Below, one piece after another: positions 7,992 through 18,465 of a stretch of DNA of 64,000 bases. Origin of the DNA: Myxococcales bacterium (GTDB taxonomy: Bacteria; Myxococcota_A; UBA9042; JABWCM01; BTVJ01); the NCBI GenBank assembly GCA_045863395.1, contig BTVJ01000003.1, forward strand, positions 64,001-128,000, given 5' to 3'. The position numbers and the translations under genes are program-made. Each line of letters starts with the position of its first letter. The first letter of the stretch is position 1. Under the pieces are notes generated by a model. The model saw only the letters and a program-made list of their open reading frames with translations. It was not told the DNA's origin and did no database searches.

Positions 7992-8984
7992 TCAGAACAG
8001 TGGGAGCTGCAGCCCGCTGGAGAGATCCTGGGCGTCCCACCCCTGCTTGCGCAGCGCGGCGGCCACCTCCTGCTCCCATCCTTTGAGCGTGTAGATCCGC
8101 CTCGGCTTGACCTGCTCCACGAACCTGCTCAGCTCCGGCCAGGATGCGTGGCGCACCCACGGAAAGACCGCCTCCGCCGGCGCCATCTCGGTGGTCGCCC
8201 ACGGGCTGTTCACCAGCGCCGCGAAGCGGACCCTCGGGCGGCGCCGCACCGCCGCCGACCGCCAGAGGTGGGACGGCCACAGCAGCACCTCCCCGGGGCG
8301 CACCGTCCCGGCGGACACCCGACAGGGGCCCAGCGGCACGCCGAACTCCGCGTGGATCTCGTTGGCCGACCCGATGGACGGGTGGACCGCGCACGGCCAC
8401 CCACGCTCCTGCAGCAGAGGCAGCACCTGCTGCGCCGTCCCCACGGGCTCGCACAGCAGGACGGGGGTCTGGCCCATCTCGAGCGTGGCCTCCACGAAGG
8501 CGAGCAGCCGCCCGACCGTCTCTCGGTGGGAGGGCAGGGGGCGGCCGGGGTGTCCCACCGACGTATCGAGCACGAGGACGTCCGCGCGGGGTGCAACGGC
8601 GGCCTCGACCCCCGGCGCGGGGCGCAGGCAGAGGTCGCCGGTGTAGAGCAGGGACGTCCCGGCCACCTCGACCCGAAGCTGCGCCGAGCCCAGCGCAAAC
8701 CCCGACGGGAGGAGCTCCATGCGCAGCGGCCCGAGGGAGAAGGGGCGCCCGTAGGGGCAGACCAGCGCGTTGAGGCGCCGGCCGCCCCTCCGCAGCCGCG
8801 TCGCCAGGCGCGCAGTGCGGTCCGTGCACAGGATCTTGGCATGGTTGCGGATGCCCGGCACCCCGGAGTGCGACACGAAGCTCAGCTCTCGGCCGGTCGT
8901 CGCGTCCAGCCACAGCACGGACCCCACCAGGTGGACCCCCCGGTCGAACAGCACCTGCGGCAGTGACGCGTCGGAACTGGCCAT
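7992..8984 (-). CDS. Metallo-beta-lactamase/beta-CASP-like nuclease-fold protein with degenerate active site
   Basis: The pattern LWLDA...FVSHS...LLPSGFALGSAQL...LLYTGD...DVLVLD...HASWPEL resembles mRNA 3'-processing / ligase-associated exonucleases, but HxHxDH is not intact. Confidence 0.7.
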   Translation of the reverse strand: MASSDASLPQVLFDRGVHLVGSVLWLDATTGRELSFVSHSGVPGIRNHAKILCTDRTARLATRLRRGGRRLNALVCPYGRPFSLGPLRMELLPSGFALGSAQLRVEVAGTSLLYTGDLCLRPAPGVEAAVAPRADVLVLDTSVGHPGRPLPSHRETVGRLLAFVEATLEMGQTPVLLCEPVGTAQQVLPLLQERGWPCAVHPSIGSANEIHAEFGVPLGPCRVSAGTVRPGEVLLWPSHLWRSAAVRRRPRVRFAALVNSPWATTEMAPAEAVFPWVRHASWPELSRFVEQVKPRRIYTLKGWEQEVAAALRKQGWDAQDLSSGLQLPLF

Positions 8985-9095
8985 GGCGCGTGAATCCTAC
9001 CGCCGGGCACCGGTGCGGTCCAGAACCCGCCCTGGCATGGTTCGTGTGCCGCTCAGGCCCCCCGCGGGCACTGGGACGCTCGCCTTCCTCCGCCG

Positions 9096-9124
9096 TTGAC
9101 AAGGGCGCGCGGGCCGGTTACCGT
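9096..9124 (+). promoter_or_regulatory. Sigma70-type promoter upstream of plsB
   Basis: TTGACA-N17-TACCGT. Confidence 0.6.
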
Positions 9125-9176
9125 TGGCCGCGCTCGCCGCGCGATGTTATGGCGTGATTCTCGGTAGTTGTGAGAG

Positions 9177-11942
9177 GTGAGGGTGGCGGATCGAGCCGTT
9201 CAGCTCGTCGAGCAGCAGCGCGCCTTCCCCGCCTCTGCCATGGTGGAGAAGCCGGGCGGCCTCCTGCGCTTTCTTGGCAAGAACTTCTTTGACCGGGTCC
9301 AGTTCGATCAGCGCCACGCGAGCACCATCCATCGGGTGAGCCGCCAGGGCACCGTCGTCTTCGTCATGAACTCACAGAGCCTCCTCGACTGGCTCTACTT
9401 CAACTGGGTCCTGCTCAAGCTCGGGCTCCCGCTCCTCTGGTTCGCCAACGGAATCCGCTGGTTCGAGGCGATGCTCGCCCGCCGTCTCGGCGCGATCCTC
9501 TCGCTGCTCTTCGGGCTCCTGCTGCGACGCGTCCGCCTGCCCGCCTCGGAGGTCGACGCCCTGCAGCAGACGATCCGCGCGGAGCGCTCGGCCATGATCT
9601 TTCTGAAGAAGGCCCGCGCCCTGCTCCAGTGGGGCGACGTGAACCGTGACGAGCTCCTGGAGGAGCTGATCCGGCTCCGCCGCGCCTCTACGAAGCCCAT
9701 CTGGCTCATCCCGCAGATCCTCATCTGGAAGCAGGAGCCCGACCGCTACCGGCGCTCCATCTTCGATGTCGTCTTCGGTCACCCGGACGCCCCCGGCCGC
9801 ATCCGCAAGGTCATCAACTTCGCCCTCAACTACCGGCGGGCCTTCGTGCAGCTCGGCGAGCCCGTGGAGCTGGGCGCGTGGCTCGACGAGAACGCCGGCG
9901 CCGACGACGACCCCACGGTCGCGAAGCGCCTGGGCTGGGCGCTCCACCGCGAGCTGGCCGTGGAGCAGAAGGTCATCAAGGGGCCCGTCCTCAAGGACGC
10001 GAAGCAGATCCGCAGCGAGATCCTGCGCAACAAGGAGTTCCTGGACGAGCTGGAGCGCGTCGCGTCGTCCACCGAGACGGCCCAGCCCGTGGCGGCCAAG
10101 CGCGCGTCCGCCTACCTCAAGGAGATCGCCGCCGACTTCCGCATGGCCTATGTAGAGGGCTTCTGCCTGCTCCTGACCTTCCTCTGGCGCATCCTCTACA
10201 GCAAGGGCGAGCGCGGCATCGAGGTGGACGGCGAGGGCCTGGAGCGCCTGCGAGAGGCTGCCCGCAAGGCCCCGCTCATCGTCGTGCCGACTCACCGCAG
10301 CCACATCGACTACCTGGTGATCAGCTACCTCTTCTACGCCCACGGGCTCATCCCGCCCCACATCGCCGCAGGCGTCAACCTGAGCTTCTGGCCCATGGGC
10401 CACATCTTCCGCCACAGCGGGGCCTTCTTCATCCGCCGCTCCTTCAAGGACAACCCGATCTACGCGCTCGTCTTTCGCTACTACCTGCGCAAGCTGGTCA
10501 AGGAGGGCTACTGGATCGAGTTCTTCATCGAGGGGGGCCGGAGCCGCACCGGCAAGCTCCTCCCGCCGCGCTTCGGGATGCTCAAGGAGCTCTTCGAGGC
10601 CGTGCGCGACGGTGTCCGCAACGACCTCATGTTCTGCCCGGTATCCATCAGCTACGAGAAGATCATCGAGGAGGGCTCCTACACCCGCGAGCTGACGGGC
10701 GCCGAGAAGTCCGCCGAGAACGTCGGCACCATGCTCAAGGCGAGCAAGGCCCTGACCTCGAAGTACGGCCGCATGTACGTGGAGTTCGCCGAGCCGCTGA
10801 GCCTGCGCCAGTTCCTCGACGACAAGGGGGTCAAGGACTCCGACGTCCTCGACAAGGACCGGGAGGCGGACCTGATCAAGCGCCTCGGCTACCGCATCAT
10901 GGACGGCATGGCCGACGCGAGCGTGGTGTCCCCGTCGGCGCTGGTCGCGACCGTGCTCCTGTCCCACCTCAAGCGGGGGATTTCGCGGTCGACGCTGCTC
11001 GTGCGCATCGGGTGGCTCATCGACTTCCTGGGCAAGCGCGGCGCGGTGCTGTCGAAGACGGTCCGCACGGCCATGGCGGCGCGGCGCGCCCTGCTGGAGC
11101 GCCCCCACGAAGACGAAAGCCCCGGGATCGGCCGGGACCTGCGACGCGCCCAGGCCATCGGCGCCGCCGTCGACGAGGTCATCGAGGAGACGCTGGTCCT
11201 CTTCCTCAAGAACCACTTCATCCAGGTCCGCAACTTCGGCGACGAGCTGATCTACCAGGTGATCCCCGAGAAGCGCATCAACCTGGACATGAGCAAGAGC
11301 AACCTGCTCCAGATCCTCGCCCGCGAGGCCATCCTGTCTCTCGCCGCGGTGTCCCTGCGCTCCCACGCGGCCGACGGCTCGGTCCCCGCGGACACCCTCC
11401 GCCAGGAGTGCAAGTTCCTGAGCCGCCTGCTGAAGCTGGAGCTCGTCTACGCCGAGGGCGTGCCCTTCGACCAGCAGTTCGACGAGACCATGGAGGTCCT
11501 CTCGGGGGCAGGGCTCCTCGCGGTGACCGAGGGCTGCGTGACGGTCCCTGACGCGGCGCTGGAGACGACGACGCTCCTCGGGCGCCTGATCGCCAGCTAC
11601 GTGGAGTCCTACTGGTTCACCGTGCAGCACCTGAGCACGCTGGCGACGGGCATCCCACACGCACAAGGCCCCACGCCCGAGAAGGACTGGCTCAAGGGCC
11701 TGCACCGCGTCGCGGACCGCTACTACCACGAGGGGGCGCTGACCTACCGGGAGGCCAACTCCAGCGTGACCTTCAAGAACGCCTTGGACGTGATGCTCCA
11801 GCTCGGCGTGGCCCGGCGGGAGGAGCGGGCAGGGGAGGGCCGCCGCGGGCGCCCCTTGCGCGTGCTTCACCTGGGCGACGGGGGCCTGGAGCGCATCGCC
11901 GACCTGGCGACGCGCATCTCCCAGCTCCGCCTGAACCCCTGA
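9177..11942 (+). CDS. plsB: Glycerol-3-phosphate O-acyltransferase
   Basis: Acyltransferase blocks HRSHID, GAFFIRR, FIEGGRSRTGK and PVSISYE; 921 aa. Confidence 0.88.
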   Translation: MRVADRAVQLVEQQRAFPASAMVEKPGGLLRFLGKNFFDRVQFDQRHASTIHRVSRQGTVVFVMNSQSLLDWLYFNWVLLKLGLPLLWFANGIRWFEAMLARRLGAILSLLFGLLLRRVRLPASEVDALQQTIRAERSAMIFLKKARALLQWGDVNRDELLEELIRLRRASTKPIWLIPQILIWKQEPDRYRRSIFDVVFGHPDAPGRIRKVINFALNYRRAFVQLGEPVELGAWLDENAGADDDPTVAKRLGWALHRELAVEQKVIKGPVLKDAKQIRSEILRNKEFLDELERVASSTETAQPVAAKRASAYLKEIAADFRMAYVEGFCLLLTFLWRILYSKGERGIEVDGEGLERLREAARKAPLIVVPTHRSHIDYLVISYLFYAHGLIPPHIAAGVNLSFWPMGHIFRHSGAFFIRRSFKDNPIYALVFRYYLRKLVKEGYWIEFFIEGGRSRTGKLLPPRFGMLKELFEAVRDGVRNDLMFCPVSISYEKIIEEGSYTRELTGAEKSAENVGTMLKASKALTSKYGRMYVEFAEPLSLRQFLDDKGVKDSDVLDKDREADLIKRLGYRIMDGMADASVVSPSALVATVLLSHLKRGISRSTLLVRIGWLIDFLGKRGAVLSKTVRTAMAARRALLERPHEDESPGIGRDLRRAQAIGAAVDEVIEETLVLFLKNHFIQVRNFGDELIYQVIPEKRINLDMSKSNLLQILAREAILSLAAVSLRSHAADGSVPADTLRQECKFLSRLLKLELVYAEGVPFDQQFDETMEVLSGAGLLAVTEGCVTVPDAALETTTLLGRLIASYVESYWFTVQHLSTLATGIPHAQGPTPEKDWLKGLHRVADRYYHEGALTYREANSSVTFKNALDVMLQLGVARREERAGEGRRGRPLRVLHLGDGGLERIADLATRISQLRLNP

Positions 11943-11982
11943 TCGGGGCGGAATCCCCACGCGCAGCGGTCGGTTCCCCGGG

Positions 11983-12011
11983 TTGACCCGCGCGGCTGGG
12001 GCAACTAGAGT
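11983..12011 (+). promoter_or_regulatory. Sigma70-type promoter upstream of nadA
   Basis: TTGACC-N17-TAGAGT, followed by an AGGAGG RBS. Confidence 0.6.
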
Positions 12012-12031
12012 CCCGCCGGCAGGAGGCTTTC

Positions 12032-13096
12032 ATGCTCGAGACCCGCAAGCTCCAGAACCCCGAGGTGGTCGACGCCATCCGTTCGGCCAAGCAGCGCCTC
12101 GGCGACCGCATGGTCGTGCTGGCCCACCACTACCAGCGCCCCGAAATCGTCGCCCTCGGCGACTTCCGCGGCGACTCCTTCGAGCTGTCCCGCATCGCCA
12201 GCGAGCAGACCGCCGAGCACATCGTGTTCTGCGGGGTCCACTTCATGGCGGAGAGCGCGCGCATCCTGGCCAAGCCCCACCAGCGGGTCTACCACCCGAA
12301 CCTCAACGCGGGCTGCCCCATGGCGGACATGGCGGACGCCAGCGACGTGGAGCGGGTCTTCGCCGAGCTGTCGGAGGTCCTCGGCGACGCGTCCGGCGTG
12401 GTCCCCATGACCTACATGAACTCCAACGCCGCGGTGAAGGCGCTCTGTGGGCGCAACGGCGGCACCGTCTGCACGTCGTCGAACGCCGAGAAGGCCTTCC
12501 GGTGGGCCTTCGATCATGGCGAGCGCATCTTCTTCATTCCCGACGAGCACCTGGGTCGTAACACCGCGAATTCGCTTGGCCTGGACCGCGACCGTGTCGT
12601 CCTCTGGGACTGGAGCCAGCCCTGGGGCGGCCTCGACCGGGACACCATCCGCCGGGCCCAGGTCTACCTGTGGAAGGGCTACTGCCACGTCCACACCTGG
12701 TACACCCCGGCGCACATCGCCGAGGCTCGCGAGCGCTACCCGGGCTGCTCGGTCGTCGTCCACCCGGAGTGCAGGGAGGAGGTCGTAGCCCTCGCCGACG
12801 GCGTCGGCTCCACGAGCTTCCTGGTGCGGTACGTCCAGGACGCACCGCCAGGCGCCACCATCGTCATCGGGACGGAGATCAACCTCACGGCCCGCCTCGC
12901 TGCCGAGCACCCCGACAAGAACGTGGTCGAGCTGTCCCGCAGCCTGTGCCCCAACATGTTCCGCATCAACCTGCGCAAGCTCGAGGAGACCATCGCCCAC
13001 CTGGACGGGCCTGAGGTCCTCGGTGAGATCCTCATCCCGGACGAGCTGATCCGCGACGCGCGCCTCGCCCTGGACCGCATGCTCCAGATCCACTGA
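12032..13096 (+). CDS. nadA: Quinolinate synthase A
   Basis: LAHHYQ, GDS, FCGVHFMAE, GCPMADM, YMNS, CTSSNA, CHVH, HPEC and CPNM motifs. Confidence 0.96.
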   Translation: MLETRKLQNPEVVDAIRSAKQRLGDRMVVLAHHYQRPEIVALGDFRGDSFELSRIASEQTAEHIVFCGVHFMAESARILAKPHQRVYHPNLNAGCPMADMADASDVERVFAELSEVLGDASGVVPMTYMNSNAAVKALCGRNGGTVCTSSNAEKAFRWAFDHGERIFFIPDEHLGRNTANSLGLDRDRVVLWDWSQPWGGLDRDTIRRAQVYLWKGYCHVHTWYTPAHIAEARERYPGCSVVVHPECREEVVALADGVGSTSFLVRYVQDAPPGATIVIGTEINLTARLAAEHPDKNVVELSRSLCPNMFRINLRKLEETIAHLDGPEVLGEILIPDELIRDARLALDRMLQIH

Positions 13097-13099
13097 GCC

Positions 13100-14479
13100 G
13101 TGGCGCGCCCTCACCCCTTCGTCGCGGTCGTCCGTGGCACGGTGCTGCGGCACCGGCTGCTCGCGCCGGGGGACCGTGTGCTGCTCGCGGTCTCCGGCGG
13201 ACCCGACTCCATGGCGCTGCTCCACGCCCTGGCTGCCCTCGCGCCCGGCCTGCGCCTCCGCCTCTCCGTGGCGACCGTCGATCACGGCCTTCGGGATGCC
13301 GCGGCGGAGCACGCGCTGGTCGCGGACGCGGCGACGGCGCTCGGTCTGCCGTGGCAGCTCCTCCCCGTCCGGGTCGCCCGCGCGGACGGGTCGCTGATGC
13401 AGGGGGCCCGGGACGCCCGCAGCGCAGCCCTCGTGGGCGCCTCCTCCGGGGCCCGCATCGCCACGGGCCACACGGCGAGTGACCAGGCGGAGACCGTCCT
13501 CCTGCGCATGCTCCGGGGCGCGGGCACACGCGGAGTCTCCGGCATCCTGCCCTCCCGCGGTCCGTGGATCCGGCCGCTGCTCGACTGCACCCGGGACGAC
13601 GTCGTCGCGTGGCTTCGCGACGCGGGAGTCCCCTGGGCCGAAGACCCGACCAACGACAGCCCCGCCCATGCCCGCAACCGGGTCCGCCACGAGCTGCTGC
13701 CGGTGCTGCGCGCGCTCTCCCCAGAGGTGGAGCGCCACCTGGTCACGCTGGCGGACAACGCCCGCTCCGACCGCCTCGCCCTCGAGTCCCTGGCAGAGGA
13801 CGCCCTGCGCGCCGCCACCGTCGAGTCGGCGCCCGGCCTGCTCGCCCTGGACCTCGCCCGCCTCGCCGTCCACCGGGGCTTGCTCCCGCACGTGCTGCGC
13901 CGCGCGGTGGAGCGGGTCCGGCGGCGTGACGGAGACCTCTGGCGACCACACATGGACGCGCTCGTGGCGCTGGCCAGCGGGCGGGCGGGCACCACGATCC
14001 TGGAGTTGCCCGGCGCCACCGCCACCCGGGTCTATGGCACCCTGCGCGTGACCCGAGGCCACGGCGCGCCGGAGACCACGTCAATCGAGGGGAAGGAAAT
14101 CGTCGGCCCGGGGTGTTATCGACTCGGCCCGATGCTGCTCACCGTGGAGAGACAGCCAGCGACCGGGCGCATCGAGCGCGGCCCCGACTCCGCCACCTTC
14201 GACGCGGAGTCGCTGCGCTTTCCCTTGAGGGTGCGACCGTGGAGGCACGGGGACCGCGTCATTCCCTTCGGGATGGTCGGTCATCGCAAGGTCTCGGACG
14301 TCCTGACGGACGCTCGAGTGCCCCGCCAGGCGCGGCCCGCGGTCCAGGTCCTGGAGGGTGAGGACGGCCTCCTCTGGATCATCGGTGTGCGAAGGGCCGC
14401 CGCGCACCCCGTGACTCCGAGCACGCGGGAGGTCTTCCACGTGAGGGTCCGCCGAGAGGTGGGCGCAGTTGCCAATTGA
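13100..14479 (+). CDS. tilS: tRNA(Ile)-lysidine synthetase
   Basis: PP-loop SGGPDS, DHGLR, GHTASDQAET, RPLL, DPTN and RNRVR, plus a TilS C-terminal domain; upstream of ftsH. Confidence 0.93.
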   Translation: MARPHPFVAVVRGTVLRHRLLAPGDRVLLAVSGGPDSMALLHALAALAPGLRLRLSVATVDHGLRDAAAEHALVADAATALGLPWQLLPVRVARADGSLMQGARDARSAALVGASSGARIATGHTASDQAETVLLRMLRGAGTRGVSGILPSRGPWIRPLLDCTRDDVVAWLRDAGVPWAEDPTNDSPAHARNRVRHELLPVLRALSPEVERHLVTLADNARSDRLALESLAEDALRAATVESAPGLLALDLARLAVHRGLLPHVLRRAVERVRRRDGDLWRPHMDALVALASGRAGTTILELPGATATRVYGTLRVTRGHGAPETTSIEGKEIVGPGCYRLGPMLLTVERQPATGRIERGPDSATFDAESLRFPLRVRPWRHGDRVIPFGMVGHRKVSDVLTDARVPRQARPAVQVLEGEDGLLWIIGVRRAAAHPVTPSTREVFHVRVRREVGAVAN

Positions 14480-14497
14480 GATCGCAGCCTCTATGCT
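14469..14497 (+). promoter_or_regulatory. Sigma70-type promoter upstream of ftsH
   Basis: TTGCCA-N17-TATGCT. Confidence 0.55.
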
Positions 14498-14627
14498 TGG
14501 ACCGGCCGTGCCACAGGGGGACGCTGCGACCCGACGGCACCCCGTCGCTTCGAGCGTCGCGAGGGGTGCCGGCCGTGGCGCCCCCTGAGCGGCGACGTGC
14601 GGGGCGGCGTGTGAAACAGGAGCGGAT

Positions 14628-16583
14628 GTGAAGCAGTCCTACAAGACGATCCTCCTCTGGGTCTTCCTGATTGTCATCTTCGTAGCGATCTATCAGACCC
14701 TCAAGTCCTCGTCCGGCGGCGAGAAGATCAGCTTCAGCGAGTTCGTGGGCCAGGCGCTTCCGGAGGACGGTCGCGCGAGCCAGGTCGCGCGCATCAAGAT
14801 CCGCGGCAGCGAGATCGAGGGCGAGTACGTCAACGGCACGAAGTTCATGACCGTCGGCAAGATCGACGACTACCAGCGGGACCTCATCGAGCGCGCCAAG
14901 ATCCGCGTGGAGTACGATCCCGAGGACGAGAACGGCTTCTGGATCTCGGTCATCGGCACCTGGCTACCAATGATCTTCTTGTTCCTGATCTTCTTCTTCT
15001 TCATGAGGCAGCTCCAGGCCGGCGGCGGCAAGGCCATGAGCTTCGGCAAGAGCAAGCACAAGATCCTCAACGAGAACGCCAACAAGATCACGTTCGCGGA
15101 CGTGGCGGGCATCGACGAGTCCAAAGAGGAGCTGGAGGAGATCATCGCCTTCCTCAAGGACCCGAAGAAGTTCACCCGCTTGGGAGGGCGCATCCCGAAG
15201 GGCGTCCTGCTGATGGGCCCCCCCGGCACCGGCAAGACCCTGCTGGCCCGCGCCGTGGCGGGTGAGGCCGGCGTCCCCTTCTTCTCGATCAGCGGGTCCG
15301 ACTTCGTGGAGATGTTCGTCGGCGTTGGCGCGAGCCGCGTCCGGGACCTCTTCGAGCAGGGCAAGAAGAACGCCCCCTGCATCATCTTCATCGACGAGAT
15401 CGACGCGGTGGGTCGCCACCGCGGCGCGGGCCTCGGCGGCGGGCACGACGAGCGCGAGCAGACCCTCAACCAGCTCCTGGTGGAGATGGACGGCTTCGAA
15501 GCCAACGAGGGCGTCATCATGATCGCTGCCACCAACCGTCCGGACGTCCTGGACCCGGCCCTGCTCCGCCCCGGGCGCTTCGACCGCAGCGTGGTCGTCC
15601 AGCGGCCCGACGTGCGGGGTCGCCGCGGCATCCTCGGAGTGCACACCAAGACGAAGGTGCCCCTCGACGAGGACGTGGACCTCGACGTGGTCGCCCGCGG
15701 TACGCCTGGCTTCGCCGGCGCCGACCTGGCGAACCTCGTCAACGAGGCGGCGCTCCTGGCGGCGCGTCGCAACCGCGACCGGGTCACCATGGAGGACTTC
15801 GAGCTCGCCAAGGACAAGGTCCTCATGGGCACGGAGCGCAAGTCCCTGGTGATCAGCGACGAGGAGAAGAAGAACACCGCCTACCACGAGGCGGGGCACA
15901 CCCTCGTGGCGCGGCTGCTGCCCGGCACGGATCCCGTCCACAAGGTGACGATCATCCCCCGAGGGCGCGCGCTGGGGCTCACGCAGCAGCTCCCCGACGA
16001 GGATCGCTACTCCATGAACCGGGAGCAGCTCCTCAACCGCATCGCGATCCTCATGGGCGGGCGCATCGCGGAGGAGCTCGTCTTCGGGCACCTGACGACG
16101 GGCGCGGGGAACGACATCGTCCAGGCGACTGAGCTGGCCCGCAAGATGGTCGCCGAGTGGGGCATGTCCAGCATGGGCGTGGTCTCCTATGGTCAGAAGG
16201 ACGACAACCCCTTCCTCGGGCGCGACTTCAACCGGCACCAGAACTACAGCGAGGCCACGGCGAGCCGCCTGGACCGCGAGGTCAAGCGCATCATCAACGA
16301 CAGCTACGACGTGGCGCGCGAGATCCTGGCTGCGAACCGCGTCCTGCTGGACCGTCTGGCGCTGGCCCTCCTCGAGCACGAGAGCCTGGACGGCGAGGAG
16401 ATCAACGCGGTCGTCAATGGCCGTGATCTCGGTCAGTTCCGCGGTGAGCGCACCGCGACACTGGTCGCGAAGCGCGAGCACGAGAAGCTCCCGGGGCGCG
16501 CCGAGCCCGCCGACCACTCGTCGGAGGGGCTCGTGAAGCAACCTGACCGCGGCCCCCTCCGCACCAAGCCCGAGCCCGTCTGA
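14628..16583 (+). CDS. ftsH: ATP-dependent zinc metalloprotease FtsH
   Basis: Two TM helices, [26 protein letters not shown] and HEAGH. Confidence 0.98.
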   Translation: MKQSYKTILLWVFLIVIFVAIYQTLKSSSGGEKISFSEFVGQALPEDGRASQVARIKIRGSEIEGEYVNGTKFMTVGKIDDYQRDLIERAKIRVEYDPEDENGFWISVIGTWLPMIFLFLIFFFFMRQLQAGGGKAMSFGKSKHKILNENANKITFADVAGIDESKEELEEIIAFLKDPKKFTRLGGRIPKGVLLMGPPGTGKTLLARAVAGEAGVPFFSISGSDFVEMFVGVGASRVRDLFEQGKKNAPCIIFIDEIDAVGRHRGAGLGGGHDEREQTLNQLLVEMDGFEANEGVIMIAATNRPDVLDPALLRPGRFDRSVVVQRPDVRGRRGILGVHTKTKVPLDEDVDLDVVARGTPGFAGADLANLVNEAALLAARRNRDRVTMEDFELAKDKVLMGTERKSLVISDEEKKNTAYHEAGHTLVARLLPGTDPVHKVTIIPRGRALGLTQQLPDEDRYSMNREQLLNRIAILMGGRIAEELVFGHLTTGAGNDIVQATELARKMVAEWGMSSMGVVSYGQKDDNPFLGRDFNRHQNYSEATASRLDREVKRIINDSYDVAREILAANRVLLDRLALALLEHESLDGEEINAVVNGRDLGQFRGERTATLVAKREHEKLPGRAEPADHSSEGLVKQPDRGPLRTKPEPV

Positions 16584-16676
16584 TCCCCGCTCAGATCCTG
16601 TCGAGCGAATTCGAGCGCTGGACAAGTCGGCGACTTTTGGCTACATCCTCATGGCTGCAACCCCCAGGAGAGCGCC

Positions 16677-17609
16677 ATGCCGTCCAGCTCCGGTTCATCG
16701 CGAGACGCGGCGTTCGAGGCCTTTCCGCCGCTGCGACTGCGCACCCGTGTCTTCGACTGGAGCAGGGTCTACGTCGTCGGTGTGCTGAACGTCACGCCCG
16801 ACTCCTTCTCGGACGGCGGGCGCTTCGACTCCGTCGAGGCGGCCGTGGCTCGGGGTCTGGAGCTCGTGGACGAGGGGGCTGACGTCATCGATGTCGGCGG
16901 CGAGTCGTCCCGCCCCGCAGGGGCCACCTACGGAGAGGGAGCGGCGAGCGTGGACCCGCAGGAGGAGCTGCGCCGGGTGCTGCCGGTCATCGAGGCGCTC
17001 GCGCGGCGGACGGACGTCCCGATCTCCATCGACACGACCAAGGCCCCCGTCGCGCGAGCCGCCCTCGAAGCCGGGGCCCAGATGGTCAACGACGTGAGCG
17101 GCCTGCAGATGGACGGCGAGATGGCCGACGTGGTGGCGAGCGCCGGCTGCCCCATCATCCTGATGCACATGCGGGGCACACCCGCGAGCACCGGCGCCTT
17201 CTCGAACTACCGGAACCTGCTGAGCGAGGTCCACACAGAGCTGTCGGAGCGCGTGGACATGGCGGTCCAGGCCGGCGTCGACCGCAGCCAGATCATCCTC
17301 GACCCGGGACTCGGCTTCGGCAAGGGGACGCGCCACAACCTCCAGCTCCTGCGGCGCCTCAGCTTCCTGCGGTGCCTGGCGGGGCGGCCCGTGCTCGTGG
17401 GGCCTTCGCGGAAGTCCTTCATCGGTGAGGTGCTCGGTGGCGCCCCGGTGGACAGGCGCGACTGGGGGACGGCGGGAGCCGTCGCCGCCGCAGTCATGGC
17501 TGGCGCCGACATGGTGAGGGTTCACGATGTGGCGGCCATGCGGGACGTCGTGCGGGTTGCGGAGGCCGTAAGGCGCGAGCGCCCGGTCGTCGGTCCCGAG
17601 CGACACTAG
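16677..17609 (+). CDS. folP: Dihydropteroate synthase
   Basis: GVLNVTPDSFSDGG, DVGGESSRP, DPGLGFGK, SRKSFIG and VRVHDV. Confidence 0.96.
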   Translation: MPSSSGSSRDAAFEAFPPLRLRTRVFDWSRVYVVGVLNVTPDSFSDGGRFDSVEAAVARGLELVDEGADVIDVGGESSRPAGATYGEGAASVDPQEELRRVLPVIEALARRTDVPISIDTTKAPVARAALEAGAQMVNDVSGLQMDGEMADVVASAGCPIILMHMRGTPASTGAFSNYRNLLSEVHTELSERVDMAVQAGVDRSQIILDPGLGFGKGTRHNLQLLRRLSFLRCLAGRPVLVGPSRKSFIGEVLGGAPVDRRDWGTAGAVAAAVMAGADMVRVHDVAAMRDVVRVAEAVRRERPVVGPERH

Positions 17610-17634
17610 AGTCTACAAGAGGAGCCACCGCCAG

Positions 17635-18459
17635 GTGGAGGCGCTGATCCAGGACATAGCGGGTTGGGGCTGGCTCTACGCCACGCTGGACGTGATCGTC
17701 GTCGCGTGGCTCATCTACCGTATCCTCCTGCTCATCAAGGGAACACGGGCGGTCCAGATGCTCATCGGGATCACGCTCGTGATCCTCGTCTTCTTCGTCA
17801 GCAAGACTGAGAACCTGGACCTGCTCACCCTGAATTGGATCCTGGACAAGTTCATCGCGTCGTTCATCGTCATCCTGGTCGTGATCTTTCAGGCCGACAT
17901 CCGCCGGGGTCTGACCCAGGTGGGGCGCAACCCGATCCTCGCTGGGGGGTGGTCCTCCGAAGGCGGGCACTTCTACGAGGAGATCGTGCGCGGCACGGTC
18001 GCTCTCGCGAACCATCGCCTGGGCGCGCTGATCGCCGTGGAGCGCGACGCCGACCTCTCCCCGTACATGGACGAGGGGGTCCGCATCCACTCCCAGGTGT
18101 CCAAGGAGTTGATCTACGCGGTCTTTCTCAAGACCTACGAGAACCCGCTGCACGACGGTGCCATGATCATCCGGAAGGGGCAGATCGCGGCTGCGGGGTG
18201 CTTTCTGCCGCTGACCGCCAACCCCAAGGTTGACCGGGCCCTTGGAACACGGCACCGGGCCGCCATCGGGCTGTCGGAGGAGACGGACGCCACGGTCATC
18301 GTGGTGAGCGAGGAGACGGGGACCATCAGCATCGCAACCAACGGCGAGCTGCGCCGCAACTTCGACCAGAACTCGCTCCGCGAGGAGCTGCAACGGGTCT
18401 TCGGCGCCACGGCGCGCCCGACCCTGTGGCGCCGCATCGTGCGGCCCCGTGCGTCCTGA
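17635..18459 (+). CDS. cdaA: Diadenylate cyclase CdaA
   Basis: Three N-terminal TM helices. DAC motifs LHDGA, GTRHRAAIG and VVSEETG. Confidence 0.95.
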   Translation: MEALIQDIAGWGWLYATLDVIVVAWLIYRILLLIKGTRAVQMLIGITLVILVFFVSKTENLDLLTLNWILDKFIASFIVILVVIFQADIRRGLTQVGRNPILAGGWSSEGGHFYEEIVRGTVALANHRLGALIAVERDADLSPYMDEGVRIHSQVSKELIYAVFLKTYENPLHDGAMIIRKGQIAAAGCFLPLTANPKVDRALGTRHRAAIGLSEETDATVIVVSEETGTISIATNGELRRNFDQNSLREELQRVFGATARPTLWRRIVRPRAS

Positions 18460-18465
18460 GGCGCC

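Noticed and set aside
6511..9102. Apparent giant fusion ORFs (also 18426-20858, 21170-23161, 41771-47002, 48993-51716, 51882-54065, 60719-62755)
   Set aside because: The N-terminal extensions run through neighbouring genes in another frame. The true starts have an RBS or a stop/start overlap.
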